From Paraspadella gotoi (taxonomy: Eukaryota > Animalia > Chaetognatha): a DNA stretch of 64,000 nucleotides. Position 1 is the stretch's first letter. Every line of letters begins with the position of its first letter. Of the stretch, positions 1-13,215 are shown piece after piece. The DNA lies in assembly GCA_051294375.1 (NCBI GenBank), contig CM119265.1, forward strand, positions 26,077,748 to 26,141,747, written 5' to 3'. The position numbers and the translations under genes are program-made. Under the pieces are notes generated by a model that searched no databases, was not told where the DNA came from, and saw nothing but the letters and a program-made list of their open reading frames with translations.

Positions 1-730
1 ACCTCNNNNNNNNNNNNNNNNNNNNNNNNNCTCGCAAATTCTGCTTTGTTTGTTCGTCATTCGGATTAAACAGAGAAAAACCGCGAAAAAACGATAACGA
101 TTTTCGACTTAAAAAAAAAAAATCGTCACAGCAGCAGCAGCAGGCTAATTTCTCCTGACAGCCGCCGCAGCGCCCGGCGCAGAAATAAAAACCTGCAGCG
201 CAGCGTAAAGCCGGTCGCGGCAGCACATCCACGAGCATCAGCTACCGGGCTTCCTCCCGGGTCGTCACCCACAATCCATCCTTTTTCCCCGACCTTACCT
301 CAAGCCCCAAAACTTCTTATTTCGGGTCAGTTCAATTCAGATTCTCTTAGGAACCATATTTTCCAAAAGGTTAATAATCAAGTAAGGGTAAGGGATTTGG
401 ATCATGGATTGGTTTAGGATTAGTTTAAGGATTTAATAATAAAATATGATTAAATATTATTTATTATTTATTATTATTATAATTATTTATTATTTATATA
501 CTAAAATAGTGCCCTTTCTTTCTTCTTTCTTCTTTTCCTTTTTCTCTTTCTTTTTTTTCTCCAATGATCTTCTTTTTCTTGTTTTCTTTTCCTTATTTTA
601 CTTTTCCTTTTTTTCCTTTTTTTTCTTTTTTCTCCTTCAAGTTTCCTGTGTTTTTAATTTTCCTGTCTTCTTTCTCTTTCCTCTTTTCTTAACCATTTTC
701 ACCTTAGCTCATTTTTTTCCTTCAAGGAGA

Positions 731-770
<40 letters not shown>

Positions 771-857
771 ATAAAAATAATAAATAATAAATCAAAATCA
801 ATAATCAAGATTCAAGATCTAAATCAATCTCTGCTCTCTCTTCCTCTCTCTTTCCTT

Positions 858-888
<31 letters not shown>

Positions 889-2014
889 ATCTCTGCTCTC
901 TCTCCTCTCACTTCTCTCCCTCTCTCTACTCTTTCCCTCTCAGTTCGTCTCTGACACCCCGTATCAGTTTCTTTCTTATTTCCAGTTCCTTCGTACCGAA
1001 CTTTTAACTCTCTCTCTCTCTTTTTCCTTACTTTCCGCACTTCTTTCCTCTATGCAACGGCTTAGTACTGAACTTTCGGTGTCATTCAAGTCAATATGCA
1101 TGTTCATTTTAGGTGACATTTCTTTGATCATTCGCAGGTTATCTGTATTACTCAGAATTCTTTACAAGAAAATTATTTTGTCAAATAGTAATGCTTCATA
1201 TATGTTATCTTTATTTCTCATTACTCTCTGCTCTCTTTAATTGTTTTTCTCTCTTCCTTCAGGACCGTTTACTTTTACCCTTTTCTCTCTCTCTCTCTCT
1301 CTCTTCCTCTCTCTCTCCTCTTCTCTCTCTCTCCTCTCTCCTCTCTTCTCTACTCTCCCCTCTCTCTTCTTCATACTCCTCTCTCTCTTCCTCTCTCTCT
1401 CTCTCCTCTCTCTCGTCTCTCTTCTCTCTGCTCTCGTCTCTCTCTTCTCCTTCTCCAAAATTTTTAACTCAAGACAAACACCAAACTTGTTAGGACTCCA
1501 NNNNNNNNNNNNNNNNNNNNNNNNNTGTTAGACTCGCCAATTTCTTGTTCCCAAGAGAAAATATCAGATTTTCTTATTCTCTGGTGCCAAGTCAGACAAA
1601 ACTATCGACTTACTCGAGCAATTTCTGCACTACATGTATTATAACGAAATCAGGGAAATGAAAGAAAAACCGTAGTATAGATAAAAAAAAAGCGACATCT
1701 ATCGTCGGCCTAAACAAAACAACTTTTGTCGTCAGAAACAAAAGACACTAACGTAGAAAAATAAAATTCTTCAACGGCTCCCCGCTAAAACCTTTAACCT
1801 ATCCCATATTTTTTCCGCCTTTTCATTTTTTCCCCTTCCTTTGTCTCTTCATTTTTTCCCCTTTATTCTTTTCCTTTTTCCTCCCCAATTTTTTCCTTTG
1901 TTTTCTCTTTGTTTTATCCTTCATTTCCTTCGTTTTTATATTTTTCTTTGTTTTGTTTTCGTCGACTTGAAATCTCTCCCTTGATTTTTTTCCTTCATCT
2001 TCTTCTTTGATCGA

Positions 2015-2208
2015 AATTGAAATCAAGCAGCTTGGTTGTATTTTACCCTTTCTCTTTCTCCTTCATTCCTAATTGAAATCAAGCAGCTTGGTTGTATTTT
2101 ACCCTTTCTCTTTCTACATCATTTTTAATTGAAATCAAGCAGCTTGCTTGTATTTTACCCTTTCTACATCATTCCTAATTCAAATCAAGTAGATTGGTTG
2201 TATTTTAG
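2015..2208. repeat. ~56-bp tandem minisatellite, ~4 units
   Basis: Unit AATTGAAATCAAGCAGCTTGGTTGTATTTTACCCTTT... recurs at ~2015, 2071, 2127 and (degenerate) 2177. Confidence 0.85.
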
Positions 2209-2219
2209 TTCTTCCTTTC

Positions 2220-2818
2220 TGCTTCGTCTTTGTCTTTGTCTTTCTTCATCTTTGTCTTTGTCTTTCTTTGTCTTTGACTTTGTCTTTTTTGTCTTTGTCT
2301 TTCTTTGTCTTTGTCTTTTTTGTCTTTGACCTTGTTTTTCTTTGTCTTTGTCTTTCTTTGATTTGTCTTTTTTTGTCTTTTTTGTTTTTGTCTTTGTCTT
2401 TCTTTGTCTTTTTTTGTTATTGACTTTGTTTTTCTTTGTCTTTGTCTTTCTTTGTCTTTCTTTGTTTTTGTGTTTGTCTTTCTTTGTCTTTGTCTTTTTT
2501 GTCTTTGACTTTGTTTTTCTTTGTCTTTATCTTTTTTTGTCTTTGTCTTTCTTTGTCTTTCTTTGTTTTTGTGTTTGTCTTTCTTTGTCTTTGACTTTGT
2601 TTTTCTTTGTCTTTTTTTGATTTGTCTTTTTTTGTCCTATTTTCCTTTTTATCTTTCTTCGTCTTTGTCGACGTCGTCTACTTCATCAGGAAACAAAAAC
2701 AACAACAACAACGATAACAACAACAGCGTCATCGGTTTTCGTCTTCGAATTCGTTTTTTTCTTTTGACGTCATCAATCGTTTTTCTTTCTTCGTCGTCGT
2801 CGTCAGTCGTTGTCGTCA

Positions 2819-2885
<67 letters not shown>
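2220..2885. repeat. Compound low-complexity block: (CTTTGT)n-like, then (AAC)n and (GTC)n
   Basis: Seen directly; explains the F/V/L-rich and poly-T/V ORFs here. Confidence 0.9.
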
Positions 2886-3111
2886 TAAATTCTTGATGAG
2901 ATCAATTTGACTTCGATTTTTTTTCCGTCAAATAAAAAAAAAGAATCGAAAAAGTAAAAGAAGAGAGAATCAATAAATGAGTAAGAAAAATGTTGACAGA
3001 CAAAAAGAATTGAATTAAACAAATGTTCACACTTCAGTATCCACTTCACACTTCCCACTTCACACTTCAAACTTCTGTCCGCTCTTACTCTCAAGGAGTC
3101 GACAGCAAAAT

Positions 3112-3144
3112 AAACAATGCCGGATCTGCCCACGATCATTAGCG
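3112..3144 (+). CDS. Candidate short exon (MPDLPTIIS or KQCRICPRSLA), paralogous to 49058-49090
   Basis: 34/37 nt identical to 49058-49094; followed by a G|GTAAGC donor-like site. Confidence 0.25.
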
Positions 3145-3352
3145 GTAAGCAGCTGATCAGATAATTAATTAATTAATTAATATTAATTTTTTTTATTCGT
3201 GTCAAAATAGTTTTCCACTTTGTCTCGTCTCTCAATCACAAAACAACAATCTCGATCACAAAATTAATTAATTAATTAATTAATTACTCATTTATTAATA
3301 ATTAATTATTGCAGCTTGAATTTACATTTAATTTAAAAATAAAAAAGCATAA

Positions 3353-3880
3353 TCAAATAGTGAAATAGATTGTTTGTTTATTTCATTTTAACTCATTTCC
3401 CCTTGAACGATTCCATCTTATTTCCTGCTCAAACACACATTTTCCTACCCACATACAAAATTTGAAGTCAATCGCCCCATTCACTCAGAAGTAATTGGCA
3501 TTCAAATAGTGAAATATTTTTCTTTCTATTTTAACGCATTTCCACTCGAACGATTCCATCGAAACTTGATTTCCAACTCAATCACACACTTTCCTACCCA
3601 CACACAAAATTTCATTCCAGTCCATCCATCAAATCACGAGTAATTGGTGTTTTTTTGCTAAGGTGGGAAGGACGGACAGACAGACAGACAGACGGACACA
3701 CAGAGAGAGAGATGGACGGACGGACTGATGGACAGACATAATTTTTCTTGCATAATTTATCATAATTCGATGTTCTGATATGATATAAGTGAATTCCCGA
3801 CAAGATTGGGGGGGCGGACCGACGGACCGACAAAGTGGATTATAGAGCCGGAATCTGCTGTAAGCAGATCCGGCTAAAAA
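3353..3880 (+). mobile_element. HINE/pearl-like (Helentron-associated) non-autonomous element
   Basis: Two ~150-bp internal tandem core repeats (CAAATAGTGAAATA...CAAAATTT...AGTAATTGG), a (GACA/GACG)n microsatellite at ~3670-3740, and a 3' hairpin AGCCGGAATCTGCTGTAAGCAGATCCGGCT (3846-3875) followed by AAAAA. This architecture is typical of DINE-1/pearl/HINE elements. Confidence 0.6.
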
Positions 3881-3959
3881 TAAATCTAAAGGTTCTCTTG
3901 TAGGAGAAAACTCTATTTACTTTTGTTTACATTCGATTAACTGGAGACAGGAAAACGTT

Positions 3960-4345
3960 TGATTGATCGTCAGGCGATCGTCAGGTGATTGTTAGGCGTT
4001 TCACAGGCGATTGAGAAGCGGTAGAGAAGAGTTGGTCCGGCGATTGTCAGGCGATTATCAGATCTTGGTCCAGGGGCTGATTGTTTGGCGATAGTCAGGG
4101 ATTGTCCTGGAGATTGTTCGCGATTGAGGCGAATAGAGTCAGGAATTTCTGGCGATTGTCAAAATGATCATGGGATGCAGGGATTGGTCAGGCGTTTTAG
4201 TACGGCGATTTAGAAAGCCGGTAGAGAAAGAGAAAGGTTTGTCTGGCGATTGTCAGGTGCGATTTTTTTTTAGGCGATTGTCAGACGATTGTTAGGGGAC
4301 ATTGTTATGGCGGATTGTCAAGGGCGATTTGGTTTGCGACGGTCG
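3960..4345. repeat. Degenerate 11-bp minisatellite (TCAGGCGATTG)n
   Basis: Many imperfect GGCGATTGTCA units. Confidence 0.8.
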
Positions 4346-5473
4346 GTCGTGATCGTCCTTGCCCGCCTCTGCTTCTTCCGGCTTCTCTTTAAAATGTTTT
4401 TTGCCTCCTAATTGGATTTTCCTCTCNNNNNNNNNNNNNNNNNNNNNNNNNNNNNNNNNNNNNNNNNNNNNNNNNNNNNNNNNNNNNNNNNNNNNNNNNN
4501 NNNNNNNNNNNNNNNNNNNNNNNNNNNNNNNNNNNNNNNNNNNNNNNNNNNNNNNNNNNNNNNNNNNNNNNNNNNNNNNNNNNNNNNNNNNNNNNNNNNN
4601 NNNNNNNNNNNNNNNNNNNNNNNNNNNNNNNNNNNNNNNNNCGCCATAAATAATTCGATCGAATAGAATTAATTCGAGTAACTTCGCTTCCTTTTATCGA
4701 CGAATCTGATCATAACATTGTCCTTTTTCATTTTATCATTTGTCATTAAGTTCGTTATATATAAATCTGTTTCAATTTTTTTCTTTTAAATTTATTTATT
4801 TTCTTTATATTAAATTTCTTTTGTCTCTCTCTCTTTTTTTTTCTCCTTTTCTCCCTGCCCTCCTCCTCTTTCTTCAGAGTTCGAATTGAAACTAATAAAT
4901 TTTAAAAAATTTATAAAATATGCACGACTTATTTTTTAGAATCACGAGTTTGGCGGGATTTTTTGAATTGTGGACACGAAGCGATTTTTGTTCGTCGGCG
5001 CGAAGAAAGGAAGGATTTTGAAAGGAAGCGTCGAAAGTTGTCGGAATGAAATTGAGGAAATAACTGGAGAAGACGGAGAGAAAGAAAGACAGAAAGAAAG
5101 AAAAAAGGAAAGACAGAAAGAAAGATAGAAAGAAAGAAAGAAAGAAAAAAAGAAAGAAATAGAAAGAAAGAGAGAAAAAAAGAGAAAGATGGAAAGAAAG
5201 AAAGAAAAAAGGAAAGAATGAAAGAAAGGAAAAAGGAAAGACAGAAAGAAAGAAAGACAGAGCAAAGGAAATGAATTAGTAACGCCTCTGCTGTTTATCG
5301 CCATCACAAGCTTGTTGTTTTTCGACGGATTGTCGCTTTCGCGGTGACGAATTCTTTGACGTTGTTCTTGTCTTATCATCATAACGCGATTTTTCTTCGG
5401 TCTCTGCTCATCTCCTCTCTCCTCTCTCTCTCTTCTTCTCTTGTCTCCCTCTCCTCTTCTTTCTCTCCTCTCT

Positions 5474-5511
<38 letters not shown>

Positions 5512-6161
5512 CTCTCTCTCTCTCTCTCTGCTTCAGCGCCCGTAAACGCCCCATAGGCGGCGCCATAAAGGCAATCGCGTTGTTTAATCGCGAAACAATA
5601 AAAAACCCAGGATTCAGATCCGATCCCCTTCGAATTTCCCCACGTCCGTCCGTCGTCGTCGTCCGTCGTTCGTCGTCGTCGTCCGTCTCGTCGTCGCTCG
5701 TCCATCGTCATCGTCGTCTGTTTTCAAGCACATTTTAAAAATTATATCACTCTCAGGTCGTTCTTTAATTCATAAATTAATTTAATTAATTAATTAATTT
5801 AAATACTTTTAATCATAGACGCCGGTTTCTTCGTTGGTTAGTTTCAATTGTTGCCAATTATCACCTCATTGTATTATTCACATTTCGTTGGAATCACCAA
5901 GGACCTCTTCTCACCAAACGCTTCACCGCCATACAACGTTGAAATAAACTTTCTCTGGCTCTCTATTCATTCCTCATCTTTCGAAAAAAAAAACGCGTTC
6001 TCACTGTATCTAAAGCCCCGCCTCTACTACAAACGACCTCACTGTACTCGTAATCGCTTCGCCCCGATTCCATTCAGTTTCACGATCTTCGCTTTCCTCT
6101 TTCCGAACTCGCGACTCGGAAAATTCCATTCCGAATTTGTTTGAATTCGCTCTTAACTCTC

Positions 6162-6175
6162 GTTTCCATGGCGAC
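6162..6175. promoter_or_regulatory. RFX X-box-like motif in a CpG-rich patch
   Basis: GTTTCCATGGCGAC is one mismatch from GTTNCCATGGNAAC. Confidence 0.3.
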
Positions 6176-7028
6176 GGAACCGAATGGGGTTCCCAAAACG
6201 GGCGCCGCAAATGTTGTCACGTTGCCACGTCGAGGCTTGACACGCGGGAGTCACGACGGATGAAAGCGGCGGGTTTCATTTCTAAAATTCATATATAAAC
6301 TTTGATGGGGATTTTTTTCTTTTAGTCCCTGACTTTTTAATTTTGCGCTCGTGTTCGTCCTCGTTTCTTCTCCTAAATTCCCTCCCATCCGTTCCTGACA
6401 TTTTTGTTTGTCCTTGATCTTCTTTCATCTTGTCCTTAATCGAAAATCTTTGTCCTTAAATTAAATTCGTCGCGACTCGTCCTTGTCCTGTTTTTGAAAT
6501 TTACCGCCGCTTCGTCTTTTCAAATTGAGAGAGAAAATGGAGAAAAAGAATTGGTGATCTCTTAATTTCGTTGTGTAAAAACTCTTAATATGGCCGCCTT
6601 CGATTCATCTTGGATTCCCCGCAGGGAATTCGAAAAGAGATTCTACAATTTCACATCACAATTTCACATTACTAGGTCAACCAAGTCCGTTTATAGGTCC
6701 ATTGCGTTGATGATATTATTTTTATTTATTTGACAGTTTTGTCAGATCTCTACTGTTGTTTTCAGCAATCAGTCGGGTAAACGAGGCTGTTAATCTCTAG
6801 GCATTACGTGACTCTTGGCCCTAGTAGACGTGGGAGATCACGAATGTGATTCTTTCCTGCGTCACACAAATTGCAACAAATAAATCACAGTCAACTCGAT
6901 TTGATACCGGTGAAGCAGATTTAAATCGGTTCACACTTCAACGAATCACCCGATCGGAGGTTTTTATCTTCCGCCACGAATCACTCGGGGTTTTCCGTCG
7001 TGACTGGCAACAGCTGTCGCCGGCACTG

Positions 7029-7141
<113 letters not shown>

Positions 7142-7212
7142 GTGACTCTCGTGAGTGACCGTTTTTCGTCCCATGAAGCCGAGACGAGCGCGATTAAGCG
7201 TCTACGCGTCAC

Positions 7213-7291
7213 CTGCGCCCCTGGCGGACGAGGATCGAAAATCGACGGGGAAACGAGAAAAAAACAAAAGGGAAATCGAAGTCGACGCCAT
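7213..7291 (-). CDS. Candidate first coding exon MASTSISLLFFSRFPVDFRSSSARGA(G)
   Basis: CAACAG|ATGGCG start, open frame and GCAG|GTGAC donor. No homology recognised. Confidence 0.15.
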
Positions 7292-7917
7292 CTGTTGAGA
7301 TCGAGATAAAATTTGGATCTGAGCCAAAGGGAGATGAGAAAGAAAACAATACAGAAACAAGATAAACGAAAAAAAAAACCAGAAAAAAAAACAAAAGAAG
7401 AAGAAAAACATTATATTTTTACAAAATATGTGTGACATTGTAACAATGTGAGAAGAAAAAAACATTATTATCCTTTGCGTTTCCGAATATGAGGGTTGTT
7501 GTTGTTGTTGTTGTTTTCCCGGCGAAACGTTGAATTGAACAAAACTGAAAATTTAAAATTCCAAATGATCAAGTTTATTGTCGTGATTATCCGGTCGTAA
7601 TCTTCATTCTCATTATTGTCATCTATCAGTGTCACCTCCAACGAAATCTTTTATATCGTTGTCATCTCTACTGTGCACTGCACATATAGTTATTGTTATC
7701 GTCGTCATCATCTTGATCCGAAAACTGCTTGATATCGAAACGATATACGTAGAAAGAATTTCATATTAGGCCGGACGTCGATTCTATTCCAATCTACGAG
7801 ACTGACATCGATTTCCAATTTATCCTTTTTAATTCAAATGGAATAATATCGAAGGCAACTCGACGCTAATTAATGAAGCCCGAACTATCGTTACTGTTTT
7901 GAAAATGAATAAATTGG

Positions 7918-8080
7918 TAATTCATTTAATTATTTCTTTTTTCTTTTCTTTTCATTTAGTTATTTCTTTTTTTTCTTTTCTTTTCATTTAATTATTTCTT
8001 TTTTTTCTTTTCTTTTCATTTAATTATTTCTTTTTTTTCTTTTCTTTTCATTTAATTATTTCTTTTTTTTATTTTCTTTT
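7918..8080. repeat. ~32-bp tandem repeat, ~5 units
   Basis: TTCATTTAATTATTTCTTTTTTTCTTTTCTT units. Confidence 0.85.
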
Positions 8081-8501
8081 CGTCGAGATTTTTATCGGAA
8101 AAAAATCAATTTGCGAATATCGAGCAGAGAGAGAAACTTAGTTTTTATTTCTTACGCTTTTTTGAGATATAAAAATATCGATTTTTCCAACTTTTCTCAT
8201 TAAAGAAATTAAGTTAGACGAGTTTCTTAATCCCGGCGAATTTAATCAAATGAATGGATTGAAATATAATTAACAAAAGAGCCTTCAAAATTAATTAAAT
8301 AAAAAGTAAAAGCTGAAAGACAAATCTTCTCTTTTTTTAATAAAATAGATTTTCTCGAGAGGTGGAGAGAGAGAGAGAGAGAGAGAGATGCTCTTTCTTC
8401 CATCGGATCGATTAATGAAAAATCAGATTATGAAGAGGAATTAACTAGAGAGAGCTTAGTTGATAGAAGATATGAGAGAGAGACGAGAGAGAGAGAGAGA
8501 A

Positions 8502-8532
<31 letters not shown>

Positions 8533-9679
8533 CAGAGAGAGAGAGAGAGAGAGAGAGTGAGTTGAGGTAGGAATAGGAAGGAGCAGATTCTGCAGCAAGA
8601 AATTCTATTGCAATATTGCTTGCTGCCAATGAATAAAAGAATTAGAAAACAATGAATGTTGTAATATTTAGTTCAACAAATCTTTGTTCCAAAATGAAAT
8701 TATTCGTTTATGATTTTAACTTTTAACTTTAAAATAATAAAAAAAATATTAAACTTAGCTGATACAAAAAATGTAAATTCGTAAAAGAAAAAACCGTAAT
8801 CCAAAAACGCCGAAAAAAAAACAACAAAACGCCGAAAAAAAGAAACAAATGATGCGAACCTTTTGTTTTCGTTGTTTCCTCCGTGAAGACTGAAGACCGA
8901 AGCTAAGAATCCGAACCGAGATTTCGTCGTCTTGGTCGTCGTCGTCGTCGTCGTCGTCGCTCTCTCGTCGTCCTCATCGTCGTCGTCGTCGACGTCGCGC
9001 AGATTCGCGCCTCGTGACGTCACGCCAGCGTCACGCGAATCCTCGTGGCGCGGATCGCGATTTCCGGTCCGTGTTTGACGCGGGAGAGAGGGAGGAAGAA
9101 GATGGGGAGGAGGGCGGGGGAGAGACTGGGGGTTTGAGTGGGGAGACGGGGAAAGGGAGAGGGGGAGAGGGAGAGGGAAGGAAAGAGGGGAGACGGGAAG
9201 GGAGGGAGGGAGGGGAGAGAGGGGGTAGGAGGGAGGGGAAGAGGGAGAGAGTAGAGAGGGGGAGAGAGGTGGAGGGAAAGGGAGAGGAGGGGAAGGAAGA
9301 AGGGGAAAGGAGGGGGAGAGGGGAGGGAAGGGGCAAGAAGGAGAGGAGAGGGGAGATGGAGGGGAAAGGGGAAGGAAGGAGAGGAAGAGGGGGAAGGAGT
9401 GAGGGAAGGAGGGAGAGGGCGGGAAGGGTGTGGAGAACGTGGTGTGAAATGAGTTAAAATGGAGGCGTGAGAGGTTTAATATGAAGAGTTCTTGGTGAGA
9501 GAGGAGAGATAAGAGAGAAAAGAGGAGAAGAGAGGAAATAGTAAAGTTAGAAGAGGAGAGAAAAAGGGAAGAAAGAGTTGATTAGAAGAGAGAGGAAAAA
9601 GAATAGATAAGATGAGAGAGGAACTGTAGATATAGAAACGAATAAAAAAATATAGTTGATAGAAAGGAGATTAGAAAGA

Positions 9680-10045
9680 AATGAGAAAAGTGTAGAAATA
9701 GAATAGAATAGAACGGTAGAGAGAGGTAGGAGAAAGAAAGTGATAAAATAGAGAGGTAGAGAGAGAGAGAAGTAAGAAAAGTGTAGAATTGAAATAGAAT
9801 AGAAAGGTGGAGAGAGGTAGGAGAAAGAAAGTGATAAAATAGAGAGGTAGAGAGAGAGAGGTAAGAAAATAAAGAGAAAAGTGTAGAATTGAAATAGAAA
9901 TAGAAAGTGATAAAATAGAGAGAGAGAGAGGTAAGAAAATAAAGAGAAAAATGTAGAATTGAAATAGAAAGGTGGAGAGAGGTAGGAGAAAGAAAGTGAT
10001 AAAATAGAGAGGTAGAGAGAGGTAAGAAAATAAAGAGAAAAGTGG
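9680..10045. repeat. Purine-rich compound minisatellite
   Basis: Recurrent AAAGTGATAAAATAGAGAG and TGTAGAATTGAAATAG modules; source of the repetitive 227-aa and 207-aa minus ORFs. Confidence 0.8.
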
Positions 10046-12117
10046 TTCGATCTGGGAGAAATTACGAATTCGACCTCCGATGCCTGGAGAGAAAAAATGG
10101 GGTCGAAAAAAAGCAAAAAGGATCGGATGGCAAAAAAGGTCAAATGGCGAAAATCGGAATGAATGGTAAAAAGCGAAGAAATGGTAAAAAGGGTTAAACA
10201 TGCGACACACACACACACACACAAAAACAAAAACAGAAAACTGAGCTTTGAAAAACATTTTGGAACTTATTTTTAGAGAGAAAAGTGGTTCCATTGTTAC
10301 TTAAGTGTGAAACGTTTTGAATGTTCTTGTGAATGGAAAAATTATAATGTGAGCTTAAATAGAATATTGTACCAAGTAATGTTATACTTTAAGTCTCAGG
10401 AAATATCTTAAATAGGAATGTAATTATTTAAGTTTAAAAAAAAGTCTCACGCAAATAATGTACAACATTAAAATTTGTTCAAAAAATTGTCTTAAAATAC
10501 ACAGAAACCACAATGAAAAATGATGATAAATGGATAAAAAAAGGGGAAAGAAATGGAAAAAATGGGAAAAATAAAAAAATGAAAAAAAATGGAAAAAACT
10601 GTGAAAGATGTTCGTTGCTCCTGGGACCCGATTTCGACTCTCGGTTGGGAAAGCCCTTTCTCTCTCTCNNNNNNNNNNAGAGAAAGAGAGGAGAAAAGAA
10701 CAAATTGCTTGGCAGAAAGCGAGGAATTTTAAAGGATTTTTTTATATTATTGTCCCATGGCGCAAGAGAAGGAAAAAAGGGAAAAGATGATGCTCATGAT
10801 TTACTGATACAGCTAATACAGAGAGTCTATTCGGGCATTTTAGCTGCGGAACTGTTTCTAAAATTACTATCATATAAAAAAAATACAATAACGATAAATT
10901 TTCTCCGATAGTATCTGTCATACAATAAAAAAAGAAACTAATAAATCCCATCCATCTAACAGCAATAAAGCAAATGCAACGAATCCCGGCTTCTGCAGTG
11001 AAAGTCAAACCAACGCCACTGATGCTGCGAGTCCAGTGAATGCAGTCGATGAAGTTGCTGCGATCAATATGGATTCGGCGCCGATTTGCAGCAAAGGGCG
11101 ACGCCTAGTGAGTTAGAATTTATGTCTTTCTCAAAAATCAACCGAATTCTTTTCTGCTTTGACTTCGTTTTTCCCTGAAAGCCTCTGGTACTTTTCCTTT
11201 CGGGGTAAATCGTTTGCCGCGTCGACTTACCCGCGAAGTGGCGGGTTATGGGTAAGTTAAGTGAGTAAGGTTGAAGGTAGAGAAAAAGCATTGTAAGATA
11301 ATGGGTTGCTTTCTGCGTGAGCAGTCGATGCAAGTCTGTGGTTAAGTTTTTTTTTGGTAAGTGAAGGTAAGGTGGAGTTTTGGATTTGGATTTCGTTAAA
11401 ATCTTTCGATCTGATAGATTTTTGTTGCGTATCATTTTTTCCTGTGCAACAAGAATAATTGATTAAATATATTTGTTTTAAATACTTGAATGTACTGATT
11501 ATCCCGCTCGGACGTTATACCTGAGGAAAAGTTAGACATCGCCCTGTATTTTTCCCAGCTCGCTCTCTGTAGGTCAACGTCGTTTCACCGACCTCGTTTA
11601 GTATTTGACCAGTATTCTATAAGTCTGGTCATTTGTTTTAATTGTATTTTTGTTGTCTTCTCGAAATTGTGGCGAACCTTATGATCATCTTCACTTCGTT
11701 TTGAAACCCGGTAATCGTGTTGCCCGTTCTCAACTTGAGTTTTTATGGATAATTGAAATTGAATAATAAAACTTTGAAATCTTCATCGCCACTCTTCATT
11801 GACGAAATACATTGAGATTCAACTAAATATTCCGACAAAACTTAAGTTAAGCTTGCAAGGAACGTACGAAGCTGCAAACGCATATTTCCATGGGCGTGAA
11901 GAGGAAAATATCTTCACTTATTTATATGTATTTGTAATAATCATTGATCTTTTTTTTCCGAAGCCTCAACAGCCGCTTATCTGTTCCTTTTCTTCCTTCC
12001 TTCCTTCCTTCCTTCCTTCCTTCCTTCCCTCCTTCCTTCCTCCATCCCCTTATTCCTTCTTTGGGTCTTTTTCTTTGACGTCACCAGTCGTCGCTTTTTT
12101 CCTAATGGTTCCGACGC

Positions 12118-12258
12118 CTGACGCCGGTCCTTGCCCGACATGACGCCGCTCCTTGCCCGACCTGGCGCCGATTCCTTCTCAAACTGGCGCCGCTCCTTGC
12201 CCCACCCGGCGCCGTTACTTTCTAAAACAGGCATCGCTCTTTGACCGTCATGGCGCCG
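12118..12258. repeat. ~22-bp GC-rich tandem repeat, ~6-7 units
   Basis: TG(A/G)CGCCGCTCCTTGCCCGACC-like units. Confidence 0.75.
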
Positions 12259-12266
12259 CAGAGATA

Positions 12267-12315
12267 GTCACGTGACGTAGCGTTCTCCCGGTCGCCCCGG
12301 CGCGTTAATGATTGG
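12267..12315. promoter_or_regulatory. Palindromic E-box GTCACGTGAC with nearby ATTGG (CCAAT)
   Basis: GTCACGTGAC at 12267-12276 (USF/MiT-type site) and ATTGG at 12311-12315, in a CpG-rich patch. Confidence 0.3.
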
Positions 12316-13215
12316 TGGGAAGTCCGGCGTCAATTAAGGGCGAGACGTTGCCGGAACAAAACGAGTCGGAAAATTGGATAAAAAAAAAAAGAAAAAGAAA
12401 AAACAGAAATGGGGTTCGTAATGAATTTTTATTTGGAACCTTTAATGGAAGAAATGCATGAGCGATGGATGCGACATTTGCCCTTCTTGAATTAGGCTAT
12501 TTACTCAGTGGAAAGTACTATTAAAACGATTGCTATACCATTTTATCATTGTGATTTCTAGCGCGATAGAAAGAATGAGTAAAAATCCTTTGATAAAGTC
12601 AAAAAAGGTCATACCTCAGAGAGCTACACAAGGCGCGCACAAGGTGGAAAAGGAAACGCGTAAACTGTTCCACGTTGCTTGGCGAGCGAGAAAGAAAAAG
12701 CTAATATATCTCATTTTCGACATTTTCCAGAGTCGAAGGGCAGAGAGCAGAGAGAGAGAGAGNNNNNNNNNNNNNNNNNNNNNNNNNAGTCCGTGTCCTG
12801 TTTCATTTATTTCCTTCCTCAGCTATCCATTATTTTCCTTTTTTGCTTAATTCTTTTTATTTCTAAAACGAAAAATATAAAAAGAAAGCTTTCATTTTTT
12901 ATCGTACGTCTGGAGCGAATCCCGGCGGGATCGTCACGGTTGTTGCCCCTTTTTTAAATAAGCTTCAATAGGTACTAGCACATGAATATATGTTCCGATC
13001 ATTTTAATTTTTATCTATTCATCTCCCTTCGGTTTGTCAGAAGGCCACTTTCCTAAGATTTTTTTTCAACCCCTGAATAAATGGGAAAACAGGGACAAAT
13101 TAAGAAAGGTTTGCGACGTGCAGGCCATTCAAGTTTAATTGATTTAATTAATTTTCTTTTTATATATAATAAGGATGAGGACCCACCAAAAAAGGTGTGC
13201 CTTTCAAAAGAGAGA

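Noticed and set aside
1570-1675. BTB-like peptide LFSGAKSDKTIDLLEQFLHYMYYNEI
   Set aside because: Short, spacing does not fit well, ends in a stop and has no supporting exons.
10960-11106. MFS-like GRRPLLQIG on minus, or an open plus-strand exon (NKANATNPGFC...)
   Set aside because: The minus frame has an internal stop and the plus frame has no recognisable family; the two cannot be distinguished.
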